From Acidobacteriota bacterium (GTDB taxonomy: Bacteria > Acidobacteriota > Blastocatellia > RBC074): a stretch of DNA of 64,000 bases. Shown piece after piece: positions 1-9,399 of the stretch. How positions within the stretch are numbered: the stretch's first letter is position 1; the number at the start of each line of letters is the position of its first letter. The notes under the pieces were generated by a model. It did not search any database, was not told the origin of the DNA, and worked only from the letters and a program-made list of their open reading frames with translations. The translations under genes were made by a program, and so were the position numbers. Location of the stretch: NCBI GenBank assembly GCA_018268995.1, contig JAFDVL010000097.1, forward strand, positions 4,395-68,394. The letters are read 5' to 3'.

Positions 1-594
<594 letters not shown>

Positions 595-819
595 AAAACC
601 TCGTGCAGTTAGGGATCAACATTGATCGGTGCCAGAGATCATAGCTTGCGGCGAATCAACCGTGCAAGGTGGCAAAAGTGCGTGTTCTGAAACCTTTTGC
701 TTTTACCTGTCACTTACCCCTACGAGCGTACGATAGGCGTCTCGCCTGTTGGAAAAGATAAATTGAAGAACTACGAAATATCGGACAGGCGGATGCCCGT
801 CCTACCTTGAGGAGATTTT

Positions 820-1629
820 ATGACGAACTATTTGAGAGCTGTTGTGCTTACCTTGACGGCTATTTTCTGTATCAGTTGTGCTTCATTGGCGCAGCGGCAA
901 GATCGAGGTTTGACCTGTGAAAACAGTTGGAATGGGCGTGGCGACGGACAGCGCCATTGTGAAATCAAGGAATTACCATTGCAAGCAAGCGGCGTTGTCA
1001 AAGTGGACGGACGTCAGAACGGCGGCGTGAGCATCAAAGGTTGGGATCGAAATGAGATTTTAGTCCGCGCCAAAATCGAGGCGCAGGCCCCGACCGAATC
1101 CGAAGCCCATGCGCTCGGCAATCAGGTTCGCATTGAAACTGCGGGGGCCAATATTTATGCCGATGGCCCGCAATCACGTGATAAAAGCTGGTGGTCGGTC
1201 AGCTACGAAGTATTTGTCCCGCGTCGGTCTGATCTGGAATTGAAAGCCCACAATGGCGGCATCAGCATCAGCGGCGTTGGCGGCAATATGATTTTTGAGA
1301 CCACGAACGGCGGCGTTTCGTTGCAGGATGTCAGCGGCAAAGTGCAGGGCCGCACCAGCAATGGCGGACTGTCTGTCCGGCTCTCCGGCAATCGTTGGGA
1401 AGGTGAGGGGCTGGATGTTCGCACGACCAACGGTGGTGTCAACCTGGTGCTCCCCGAAAATTATTCGGCGCGGCTGGAAACCAGCACCGTAAATGGAGGA
1501 TTTAATTTAGGGATTCCCGTCGTAATGCAAGGCAAAATTGATAAGAGCGTTTCCACTGATCTTGGCAGCGGTGGCGCAACGCTTCGATTGACGACCACGA
1601 ACGGTGGCGTCTCTGTGAAAAGGCAATAA
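820..1629 (+). CDS. Secreted DUF4097-type putative adhesin (beta-helical NGG repeat protein)
   Basis: SD gaggag lies upstream of the ATG. The N-terminus is a hydrophobic signal sequence (LTLTAIFCISCASLAQ). There are at least 6 repeats of the T(T/S)NGG(V/L/I)S(V/L/I) motif. Confidence 0.75.
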   Translation: MTNYLRAVVLTLTAIFCISCASLAQRQDRGLTCENSWNGRGDGQRHCEIKELPLQASGVVKVDGRQNGGVSIKGWDRNEILVRAKIEAQAPTESEAHALGNQVRIETAGANIYADGPQSRDKSWWSVSYEVFVPRRSDLELKAHNGGISISGVGGNMIFETTNGGVSLQDVSGKVQGRTSNGGLSVRLSGNRWEGEGLDVRTTNGGVNLVLPENYSARLETSTVNGGFNLGIPVVMQGKIDKSVSTDLGSGGATLRLTTTNGGVSVKRQ

Positions 1630-1644
1630 AAACATTTTTTGCGA

Positions 1645-1689
1645 AGAAGTCCAGGATCGTCAGAAGGGAATTCGGCTGCCTGGACTTCT
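1645..1689 (+). terminator. Possible terminator hairpin after the DUF4097 gene
   Basis: An 11-bp perfect stem pairs agaagtccagg (1645-1655) with cctggacttct (1679-1689) around a 23-nt loop. The downstream T-tract (aaattttc) is weak. Confidence 0.35.
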
Positions 1690-1998
1690 CACAAATTTTC
1701 AGCCCCTTCCTGACCTTCCTCATTTTCCCATTCAAGTTTTTCTATTTCCTGCTCGCTTACAGTAACGAGAGCAGCAGTTGAGCGGCCCAACGCGATTGTC
1801 ACATCCGGTTTGTGATGTTGAATTTCCTCAGTCAGTTTTGGTTCGCCTCAGCAAGTCAACTTAAGAAGTGCGTTCTTCCCCAGGCTGCCTCACCCAAACA
1901 GCTCACTAACTAAAGCAAAGCGCAGTTGTCATCCATTTCAATTGTCTTTGGCTGCGTGGGCGCATTCAACCAACTCAACTTCACAAGGAGATAGAATC

Positions 1999-4221
1999 AT
2001 GAAAAAACTCGTTCTCTGGTGCCTCAGCTTAATTATGACCTTTGGCGTTGCTCTCCCACCGTTTGCCACACAGGCTCAAACCTCTCGCAACGACGATGAA
2101 GAATCCAATCAAACACGCGTGCAGGGACGCATTCTCAAAACCTTTCAGGAAGCCGAACCGACAAAATCCGGCGCGCCACAGGCAGGCGCAAACGCTACGC
2201 CCACGCAAGGCCGCAAGCCGCGTCCGATTTGGGTCGAATCTGCCTTACAGCGCAGTCTGGATTTCCTTTCAAAACAGGATCGCACGACCAGCGAACCCGC
2301 TCCAGCCAATCCACGTGAGCGCAATGCCCGTGTTGATTTCGCTTTGGTCAGTGCTGAGCAGGATGACTTGGGTCAGACACACTTGCGACTGAATCAACTC
2401 CGCGATGGCGTGCGCGTATTTGGTGGCCAGGTTATTGCGCACCTTGATGCTAAAAATATGCGTGCTGTCAGCGGGCGCGAATTCGATGAATTCAATCTGG
2501 AAACCAAAGCGGGACTCAGCCCTGATCAGGCTTTGGAAGCCGCGAAAAATGCGTTGAAGTTCAAAGGTGAATTCGCTGAAGAACCCAAGGCAGAATTAGT
2601 TGTTTTGCCGAATGAATTTTTCAAAGGCGAAGAAGACAAAGGTGCAACGCTGGTCTATCACATCGAACTAAAAATCGAAGACGGAACCGATGCTACCGCG
2701 CATCATCAATATTTCATCAATGCCAAAGATGGCAGTGTGGTGTGGCATTTTGATGCGCTGCCGCACGGCACGGGGTACAGCCTGTACAGCGGCGCACAGG
2801 CAATCAATACGGAATCCGCTTTCAGCTTTCCATTCTTGAATTACCGGATGCGTGACACCTCGCGTGGCAATGCGGAAGTTCGGGATATGAATGGCAGTTC
2901 CTCCGGCAATGGAACGTTATTTCAGAAGAACCTGATTGACGTGTGGGGCAACGGCACGAACGCCAATGATGAATCTGCCGCCGTTGACGTTTTCTTTGGG
3001 ATGGCTCGAACCTGGGATTATTACAAGTACGTGCATGGTCGCGATGGCATTGATGGCGCGGGTTACAAAATGGTAGCGCGGGTGCATTACGGCTCCAATT
3101 ACAATAATGCGTTTTGGAATGGCACGAACATCACGTTTGGTGATGGCAACGGCACATCTTTTAGCCCGTTGGTTTCGCTGGATGTGGTTGCACACGAAAT
3201 CACGCACGGCGTGACAGAAAAGACGGCGGGATTGATTTACTCAAAAGAATCCGGCGCGTTGAATGAATCGTTCTCCGATATTTTCGGCACGATGGTCGAA
3301 TATTACTCTGGCATCAATCCTGATTACTTGATCGGCGAAGATTGCTATACGCCCGGAACCAGCGGCGATGCGTTGCGCAGCATGTCGAATCCGACGTTGT
3401 ACGGCGACCCGGATCACTACTCGAATCGCTACACTGGTTCTGGCGACAACGGTGGCGTGCATACGAATAGCGGAATCCCGAACAATGCCTATTACCTGTT
3501 GGCAATCGGCGGCACGAACGGCACCAGCGGAATTTCCGTGACTGGTATCGGACGGTTCAAAGCCCGCGCTATTTTCTACCGCGCTTTGACCACCTACCTT
3601 GGCCCCAGCAGCCGCTTCATTGATGCGCGTCGCTGGACGTTGCAAGCCGCCGCCGATCTGTATGGTTCAGGCAGCACTGAATACAACGCCGTCGCACAGG
3701 CCTGGCGTGCAGTTGGTATCCCGTACATCGTTTATGGCGCGATTCGTGCGAAATGGGATAGTCTGGGCGCGGAAACCGGATTCCTGGGAATGCCGACGAC
3801 CGATGAACTCAGCACAGCTTGCGGTGGTGGACGTTTCAATCATTTTGTTGGGGGATCAATTTACTGGACACCCGCAACGGGCGCACACGAAGTTCACGGC
3901 GCAATCCGCAGCAAATGGGCGAGCCTCGGTTGGGAATGCAGCTTCCTCGGCTTCCCGCTGACCGATGAATCCGTGACGCCGGATGGTATTGGTCGTTACA
4001 ACCACTTCCAGGGCGGTTCGGTTTATTGGACGCCTGCGACAGGCGCGCACGAAGTTCACGGTGCAATCCGCGACAAGTGGGCGAGTCTGGGTTGGGAGCG
4101 CAGTGCGCTGGGTTATCCGACCAGTGATGAACAGGCGTATGCCTCAGGCCGCGTCAGCAATTTTCAGGGCGGCAGGATTTATTGGTTCCCTGTGATCGGA
4201 ACAATTGTTGTGTATGGCTAA
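1999..4221 (+). CDS. Secreted M4 (thermolysin-like) zinc metalloprotease with three C-terminal LGFP repeats
   Basis: SD aaggag precedes ATG 1999, followed by the signal peptide MKKLVLWCLSLIMTFGVALPPFATQAQ. It carries the zinc motif VVAHEITHGV plus the third ligand region NESFSDIFG. The C-terminus has 3 repeats of WxSLG..FLGxPxxDE...GRxNHFxGGSIYW. Confidence 0.9.
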   Translation: MKKLVLWCLSLIMTFGVALPPFATQAQTSRNDDEESNQTRVQGRILKTFQEAEPTKSGAPQAGANATPTQGRKPRPIWVESALQRSLDFLSKQDRTTSEPAPANPRERNARVDFALVSAEQDDLGQTHLRLNQLRDGVRVFGGQVIAHLDAKNMRAVSGREFDEFNLETKAGLSPDQALEAAKNALKFKGEFAEEPKAELVVLPNEFFKGEEDKGATLVYHIELKIEDGTDATAHHQYFINAKDGSVVWHFDALPHGTGYSLYSGAQAINTESAFSFPFLNYRMRDTSRGNAEVRDMNGSSSGNGTLFQKNLIDVWGNGTNANDESAAVDVFFGMARTWDYYKYVHGRDGIDGAGYKMVARVHYGSNYNNAFWNGTNITFGDGNGTSFSPLVSLDVVAHEITHGVTEKTAGLIYSKESGALNESFSDIFGTMVEYYSGINPDYLIGEDCYTPGTSGDALRSMSNPTLYGDPDHYSNRYTGSGDNGGVHTNSGIPNNAYYLLAIGGTNGTSGISVTGIGRFKARAIFYRALTTYLGPSSRFIDARRWTLQAAADLYGSGSTEYNAVAQAWRAVGIPYIVYGAIRAKWDSLGAETGFLGMPTTDELSTACGGGRFNHFVGGSIYWTPATGAHEVHGAIRSKWASLGWECSFLGFPLTDESVTPDGIGRYNHFQGGSVYWTPATGAHEVHGAIRDKWASLGWERSALGYPTSDEQAYASGRVSNFQGGRIYWFPVIGTIVVYG

Positions 4222-4222
4222 A

Positions 4223-4294
4223 ATGTATGACAGGCAGCCTGCCTGTCGCTGGCTGAAAAGCCACTGCGGCGACAGGCGAGCCGCCTGTCGTACA
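4223..4294. repeat. Pair of GACAGGC-N5-GCCTGTC mini-palindromes (REP-like) downstream of the protease gene
   Basis: The two copies are gacaggcagcctgcctgtc (4229-4247) and gacaggcgagccgcctgtc (4271-4289). The outer arms atgtatgacagg and cctgtcgtacat can also pair. Related copies lie at 733-749 and 783-802. Confidence 0.55.
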
Positions 4295-4335
4295 TCAGGT
4301 GTTCTGTCTTAAATTCACTATTGTCCAATGGGGTT

Positions 4336-4404
4336 CAGGTTGAGAGTTCTCGCTTCAGGGGGTTGCGCCGATGGCAAAACGCTGAAGCGAGAACTCTCAA
4401 CCTG
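4336..4404. terminator. 23-bp perfect inverted repeat between convergent genes (bidirectional terminator or REP-like hairpin)
   Basis: caggttgagagttctcgcttcag (4336-4358) pairs perfectly with ctgaagcgagaactctcaacctg (4382-4404). The repeat sits 3 nt after the helicase stop codon. There is no clear U-tract on either strand. Confidence 0.45.
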
Positions 4405-4407
4405 ATT

Positions 4408-6510
4408 CTACGGTTCACTTGATTCTTCGAGAGGGGCAAGGACTGTCGTCAGCGAGCGCCCCTGAAATTGGAGCACAAAGTTCGCCTCATCGAATGCTGC
4501 ATTCACGCTTGCGCGACGGGCCTCAATCGGCAACTGATCCTGAAATCGTCCCAATTCAAACCAGCTTTCCATCTGTTTCCAGCGTCGCCGTAAACAAGCC
4601 TGAACTTGCGCACCCGTGAAGTTCAATTGACCGGACGGAACAATGCCGTTCACCGCCAAATACAAATCGTTGTAATCCTTGACGCGCACGCAATACAGCA
4701 TTTCCAATACATCGCCGAGCAACAATCCATATGCCTCACCTGAACAATGAAATACCCACGTCACAGCCCGTTCAGCATCGTTTTCAGCAGGTTCTGTCAC
4801 GAACGCGATGTCGTGCGGGGTTTTCGCCTGTGGTGCGCCGAGTATTTTAGCTACGGCTTGCGCGAGCGTCGGCGTCATCGGACGCCAGGCGGAACGGCGA
4901 TGTGGCAGTGAAGAATTGCTTGTTTGCGAAGCCTCGCGCACCATCAGTTTGCGCCCGGAAACGCGTGCCGATTGTCGCGCATGGCCGCCGAACAAGAAGG
5001 TGCCACCGGGCTGCACTGCGCGTTCGACCTCGCCAAGCTTGCGCCCCGTCTCTTCGTCAATCACGTCAATCGTCACGCGGGTAAGATCAAGCAGGTTCGT
5101 GTAAATTGCGCGCTGCTCAAACAACTCACTCCACGCCGCACCAGGCTTGAGCAGGCCGTTGGTCGTGGCCACGAAATAATTCTTCAATGTCAGATGCTCA
5201 ATGATTTGGTCGTACTGCGCTTTGGGTAGCAACGGCGCGCCGTGCAAATTGGCAAACAACCCGAATGCATGGTTGAGATCAATCTCACCGTATTTCGTTT
5301 GCTTGACGTATGAACAAAGCTGCTGCACGACGATTGAAGGGCGAAAAAAGTAATTTGATGGTTCGATAATTTCCCCAGCCTGCGCCGCCGCGACATAAAT
5401 CTGAAGCAGCACGCGTTCGGTTTCGTTGCGATGACAACAGATAACTGAGGTGCGCGCTGTGCGCCGATTGCCGCGTCCGATGCGTTGCAGAAAGGCGCTC
5501 AGATTTCCAGGCGCACCGATCAGCACAATCAAATCCACATCGCCGATGTCAATGCCAAGCTCAAGCGTCGAAGTCGCAAAACACAACGCGACTTCAGATT
5601 GTGCGAATTGCGTTTCGGCGTGGCGACGGACTTTGGCATCCAGGCTCGCGTGATGCACAAACACGCGGTCGCCAAATGGTGTTCCGTTGCGCATCTCGAA
5701 CGCCCACTGTTCGCATTCAGCGCGACTCTGACAAAACGCGAGCACTTTTTTGATGCCGCGCGATTTGAGTTCGGCGAAGAGGGAATGCAACGTCGCAACA
5801 CTTTCGAGTTCAACCAGTCCTGCGTCCAGCGCGCGCTGCCCGGCGACTTGAATCACGAGCGGATCGTTGAAATACCGCGCGGCAACGCTGGCCGGATCGT
5901 GAATTGTGGCGGACAGCGCGCAGTATTGCAGCGCTTCGTTCGTGATGTCGCCACGCGACAACGCATATCGTTTCAGCCGTCGCAGCCGATTCAGCAAAAT
6001 ACGCAACTGATCGCCGCGCGCCGTATTGTCGAAGATGTGCAACTCATCAATGACCACCGCGCGCAGGTCCTTCAGCATCCGGGGATGATTCGCCAGCAAT
6101 GAATCAAACGACTCCGGCGTCGTGATGAGCAGTGCAGGCGGACGCGATGAATTCAATGCAGGTTCATCGCCCGTTTTGACCTGCACCGTGAGCGCAAGCT
6201 TTTCGAGCGGTTGCTGCAACCGCCGCGCCAAATCGCGTGCGAGCGCCCGTGTTGGGACAATGTAGAGAATCGAAAGCTGCCGTAATGGTTTGAGATTTTG
6301 TTTGAGCGTTTCGAGGAGCGGGGCCAGCGCGGCTTCGGTTTTGCCGCTGGCAGTGGCGGAAACGAGGACGCAATTATGACCTTCGAGCAGCGGTGGGATG
6401 GCCTGTGTTTGAATCTCGGTGAAGCGCCCGAACCGCGCAAACAGCGCATCCCACGTGTGCGGCAGGCGAGCTTTCAAATGTCGTTGGTAAGCGTCTCTGT
6501 CATCCATCAA
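4408..6510 (-). CDS. Lhr-like superfamily-2 DExH helicase (BrxHI/SngC-like), 700 aa
   Basis: All SF2 motifs are present: Q motif FTEIQTQAIP, motif I SATASGKTEA, Ia VPTRALARD, II VIDELH, III LSAT, V ATSTLELGIDIG and VI QRIGRGNRR. A C-terminal extension of about 330 aa follows. This is the last gene of the 4-gene operon. Confidence 0.85.
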   Translation of the reverse strand: MMDDRDAYQRHLKARLPHTWDALFARFGRFTEIQTQAIPPLLEGHNCVLVSATASGKTEAALAPLLETLKQNLKPLRQLSILYIVPTRALARDLARRLQQPLEKLALTVQVKTGDEPALNSSRPPALLITTPESFDSLLANHPRMLKDLRAVVIDELHIFDNTARGDQLRILLNRLRRLKRYALSRGDITNEALQYCALSATIHDPASVAARYFNDPLVIQVAGQRALDAGLVELESVATLHSLFAELKSRGIKKVLAFCQSRAECEQWAFEMRNGTPFGDRVFVHHASLDAKVRRHAETQFAQSEVALCFATSTLELGIDIGDVDLIVLIGAPGNLSAFLQRIGRGNRRTARTSVICCHRNETERVLLQIYVAAAQAGEIIEPSNYFFRPSIVVQQLCSYVKQTKYGEIDLNHAFGLFANLHGAPLLPKAQYDQIIEHLTLKNYFVATTNGLLKPGAAWSELFEQRAIYTNLLDLTRVTIDVIDEETGRKLGEVERAVQPGGTFLFGGHARQSARVSGRKLMVREASQTSNSSLPHRRSAWRPMTPTLAQAVAKILGAPQAKTPHDIAFVTEPAENDAERAVTWVFHCSGEAYGLLLGDVLEMLYCVRVKDYNDLYLAVNGIVPSGQLNFTGAQVQACLRRRWKQMESWFELGRFQDQLPIEARRASVNAAFDEANFVLQFQGRSLTTVLAPLEESSEP

Positions 6511-6531
6511 AAGACCGCCTTTTGGCTGCCA

Positions 6532-7962
6532 TCAAAACCTGCCCAGCATCACTTTCCGCAATTCACTTACCGCTTGCGTCGCGCTGTAATCCACATGCGC
6601 AAAACACAAATCATAAATCTCCGTCGCCAAGCGAATCGTCTGCCGCAAATTGATGAGCCGCCCCTCCAAGCATTCCAGCAATCCTTGTGACACGTCCAAA
6701 AACTGCTCGCTGCGCTCATAGCCGTAGGCTTGCCGATGCAGCACATACAAGCGCGCCATCAAATCATCCAACGCAGCGGCATCTAAACTCGTCGTCAGCT
6801 TGATAATCTGGTCATCGCGCAACCAACGCTGATAGTCGAACGTGCTGGCCGATGGCGTGACGGCGAACATCACCAGCAATTGACTGCGATCCTGAAAACG
6901 AAAGGGCATTGAATTCTGCGTGTGATGCTGCAACTGCGCTTCGCTGAGCTTGCAATCGGCGCGCGACGCGAGTGCTGTGTACATCAACGCGCGAAAGAAA
7001 TTGTCGGCGCGTTCCTGACCGCGTTCGTTCAGCAGGCTGTAATGTTCTGATTCATCGAGCAACAATGCTAATCCAGCATAGCCCGCCTGCTGTGCGATCC
7101 ATCCCAAACCGCTGAGCAAATAACAATACTGATCCGCCGACGTGGTCATCATCGAAAGCGCGCGCAGCGGAAATTCTTTTTGTTTCGCAGGCATCGCCCT
7201 GCGCACGGCGCTGATGTAAACCTTCTCGCCGGAAATCCAATCCAGCAACGAATCCAATGCCTCACCTGGCTTTTCGCGTAGCAGCGAATAGTTGTACAAC
7301 GCCGCGCTGAATTCTGTGCCTTTGATCTTTTCCATCAGCGGAGCATAGATGTGCGCATCGCTCAGAATCCGATCAAACAACGGCACGAGCGTGCCAACAT
7401 CAGTCGAGTCGGGATAGCGCAAGTTGCGAATCAGCGAGTTGTAAATGCGTTGTGGACGATTCGGCGGGACTTCGCGCAGGTCGAGGCTGGTTTGCGCAAC
7501 GAGGAAGTTTTTTTCTAACGCCTCCTGTGCGGCCAATTCGAAGAAATGACTTTTGCCTTGTCCGTATTCGCCCAGGATGACCCGCACATCGCCGCCGTGT
7601 TCGGCGACATTATCGAAGGCTTGATGCAGACTGGCACGCTCTGCTTCGAGTCCTGCGCTCAATTCTCGAATGCGTTTGTGCGGCACGACACCGTAGCGCA
7701 ACGCTTCAATCGTGCGGCGCGCCGAGATTCGTTGTTCCTGTTCCGGCGTGCGCGCCACTTCGACACGCGGCTGAATGATGGGACGCGGCGGCGCAGTCGT
7801 TTTGGCGGCTTCGACGACGGTCAGCATATTCGTTTGCACGACGGCCCGAATGCCGTTATCAAAACGAACTGTTGCGTCGCGGCCTGCGTTCCGTAATTCC
7901 AGAATTAGCCCGCGCCCAAACACGGGATGAGTAACAATTGATCCAATCATAGTGAATCTCAA
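6532..7962 (-). CDS. DUF2791/BrxD-type P-loop ATPase with an N-terminal UvrD/PcrA-like Tudor motif, 476 aa (alternative ATG start at 7950)
   Basis: The N-terminus reads VTHPVFGRGLILEL...ATVRFDNG. It then has ARRTIEALRYGVVP, Walker A GEYGQGKSH and Walker B GLALLLDESE. It is a paralogue of the upstream gene. Confidence 0.75.
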   Translation of the reverse strand: MRFTMIGSIVTHPVFGRGLILELRNAGRDATVRFDNGIRAVVQTNMLTVVEAAKTTAPPRPIIQPRVEVARTPEQEQRISARRTIEALRYGVVPHKRIRELSAGLEAERASLHQAFDNVAEHGGDVRVILGEYGQGKSHFFELAAQEALEKNFLVAQTSLDLREVPPNRPQRIYNSLIRNLRYPDSTDVGTLVPLFDRILSDAHIYAPLMEKIKGTEFSAALYNYSLLREKPGEALDSLLDWISGEKVYISAVRRAMPAKQKEFPLRALSMMTTSADQYCYLLSGLGWIAQQAGYAGLALLLDESEHYSLLNERGQERADNFFRALMYTALASRADCKLSEAQLQHHTQNSMPFRFQDRSQLLVMFAVTPSASTFDYQRWLRDDQIIKLTTSLDAAALDDLMARLYVLHRQAYGYERSEQFLDVSQGLLECLEGRLINLRQTIRLATEIYDLCFAHVDYSATQAVSELRKVMLGRF

Positions 7963-7997
7963 ATAGTGATTGCCCTGGCGCTTCGCGTCTCCATCGC

Positions 7998-9281
7998 TTA
8001 ATATTCTCCACCTTGCGAACGACCGAGTTGTTCCGTCACGCCACGCACGACGCTCTGCACATTGTCGGGTTCGTAGATTCTTTCGCCGTCAGCTTTTTGT
8101 TCTGCCAGCATATCAATCAGCGATTTGACGAAATGTCGGCGATGACTCGTAGACAACAGCGATCCGCACGTGTCGGCCAATTGTGCGATGTTTTGTTTTT
8201 GCAGTTCGTGATTGAATTTCATGCCGTACGCCACTTCAAACACCCCCACCAATTTTTCGCCAATCAACCGCAACAACTCTTCGCCCGGATAATCCAGTTG
8301 ATCCAAACTGATTTGCACGCTGAACGGATTTTTGCGCGAGAATTTTACTTTGGAACTGATGCGCTGGCTCAGGGCTTCGTATTGCGGCGCGATGTTCGTG
8401 ACGAAATACGGTGGCACGGCATAGACGAACAACGTCGCTGGCAAACTCTCGCCCGCGCAACGATCAATCACTTCGCGCAGGTTGTCGCACGCGACTTTTT
8501 CGGTCTTCGATGAACCGATGCTGACCATCCGGTCGCCTTCATCAAACAGCAGCACGAGTCCCGCGTAGCCGAGTTCATGCACCATCTGCGACACCGAACG
8601 CAGCATCTTGAAGGCAACAGAACGATCAATGCGTTCGGTGATGCTGAAGGCGCGCACGTCTTTCAGCGCCACGCTTTCGCCGCGCATCCACGCGCCGATG
8701 TTACGCTTCGCTGCGCCGTTATCTTCGGCTACGGCTTTCAGATAAAAGTACACCGCGTGCCGGAACGACGGGCTTTCGATCTTGAAGCGCAGGATCGTGT
8801 CGAGCCACAGTTCGACGCGCTTGTCCAACCCGATGCTCGTCATCATCGTGTCAATGCCGAGCATTTTCATCGTCGTGAAAAAGTGGTTTTCCAGAAACGC
8901 TTCGATGCCTTGCGTGTCGGCGACATTCGGATCCGGGCTATGAAAAATCAGGTTGCTGATGACGGCTTGATAGACCTTCAGTTGATTGTCATACGGGCAT
9001 TCTTTCGGGCTGAGTTCGGTGCGGCTGACGACGTAGCCGTTGTCCCACGCAATGTCGCGCAGCCGATACAAAAAGTGCGACTTGCCGCTGCCATATTCGC
9101 CGACCACGAGCTTGAAGCTTGATCCGCCATCGTGCAAATAACCCTTCAAATACTCGCTTTCGAGCGTGCCGAGCGCCGAATCCATCCCAACCGTATACGC
9201 TTCCAGCCCGCGCGTCGGCGGAATCCCCGATTCGCCCAGCTTGCGAATGATGTGCTGGGCTTCCTGTAGTGTGAGTTGCAT
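7998..9281 (-). CDS. DUF2791/BrxD-type P-loop ATPase, 427 aa
   Basis: A strong SD (AGGAGGattt) precedes the ATG. It has the N-terminal helix AQHIIRKLGESGIPP, Walker A GEYGSGKSH and Walker B GLVLLFDEGD. Confidence 0.75.
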   Translation of the reverse strand: MQLTLQEAQHIIRKLGESGIPPTRGLEAYTVGMDSALGTLESEYLKGYLHDGGSSFKLVVGEYGSGKSHFLYRLRDIAWDNGYVVSRTELSPKECPYDNQLKVYQAVISNLIFHSPDPNVADTQGIEAFLENHFFTTMKMLGIDTMMTSIGLDKRVELWLDTILRFKIESPSFRHAVYFYLKAVAEDNGAAKRNIGAWMRGESVALKDVRAFSITERIDRSVAFKMLRSVSQMVHELGYAGLVLLFDEGDRMVSIGSSKTEKVACDNLREVIDRCAGESLPATLFVYAVPPYFVTNIAPQYEALSQRISSKVKFSRKNPFSVQISLDQLDYPGEELLRLIGEKLVGVFEVAYGMKFNHELQKQNIAQLADTCGSLLSTSHRRHFVKSLIDMLAEQKADGERIYEPDNVQSVVRGVTEQLGRSQGGEY

Positions 9282-9295
9282 AAATCCTCCTGGTG

Positions 9296-9399
9296 GTCGG
9301 TGGCTGGTGGTCGGTGGCCGGTTATCCGTTTTTGGGCGTAGTCAGTCGGGTACTTGCTCTTGTGTACTGATCACCGATCACCGACCACCAGCCACCGAC
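9296..9399 (-). promoter_or_regulatory. Intra-operon hairpin (21-bp perfect stem, 62-nt loop) abutting the SD of the first ATPase gene
   Basis: gtcggtggctggtggtcggtg (9296-9316) pairs perfectly with caccgaccaccagccaccgac (9379-9399). The arms are built from GGTGGYY heptamers. In mRNA sense the 3' arm is followed directly by caccAGGAGGatttATG. Confidence 0.5.

Noticed and set aside
1942-1998. N-terminal extensions of listed ORFs, for example 1942, 10367, 10431, 13110, 21684, 23239, 23735, 37961, 41459, 45095, 48596, 52533 and 60677
   Set aside because: In each case an internal ATG preceded by an SD, and followed by a signal peptide or the conserved family N-terminus, gives a better start. The upstream parts look non-coding.
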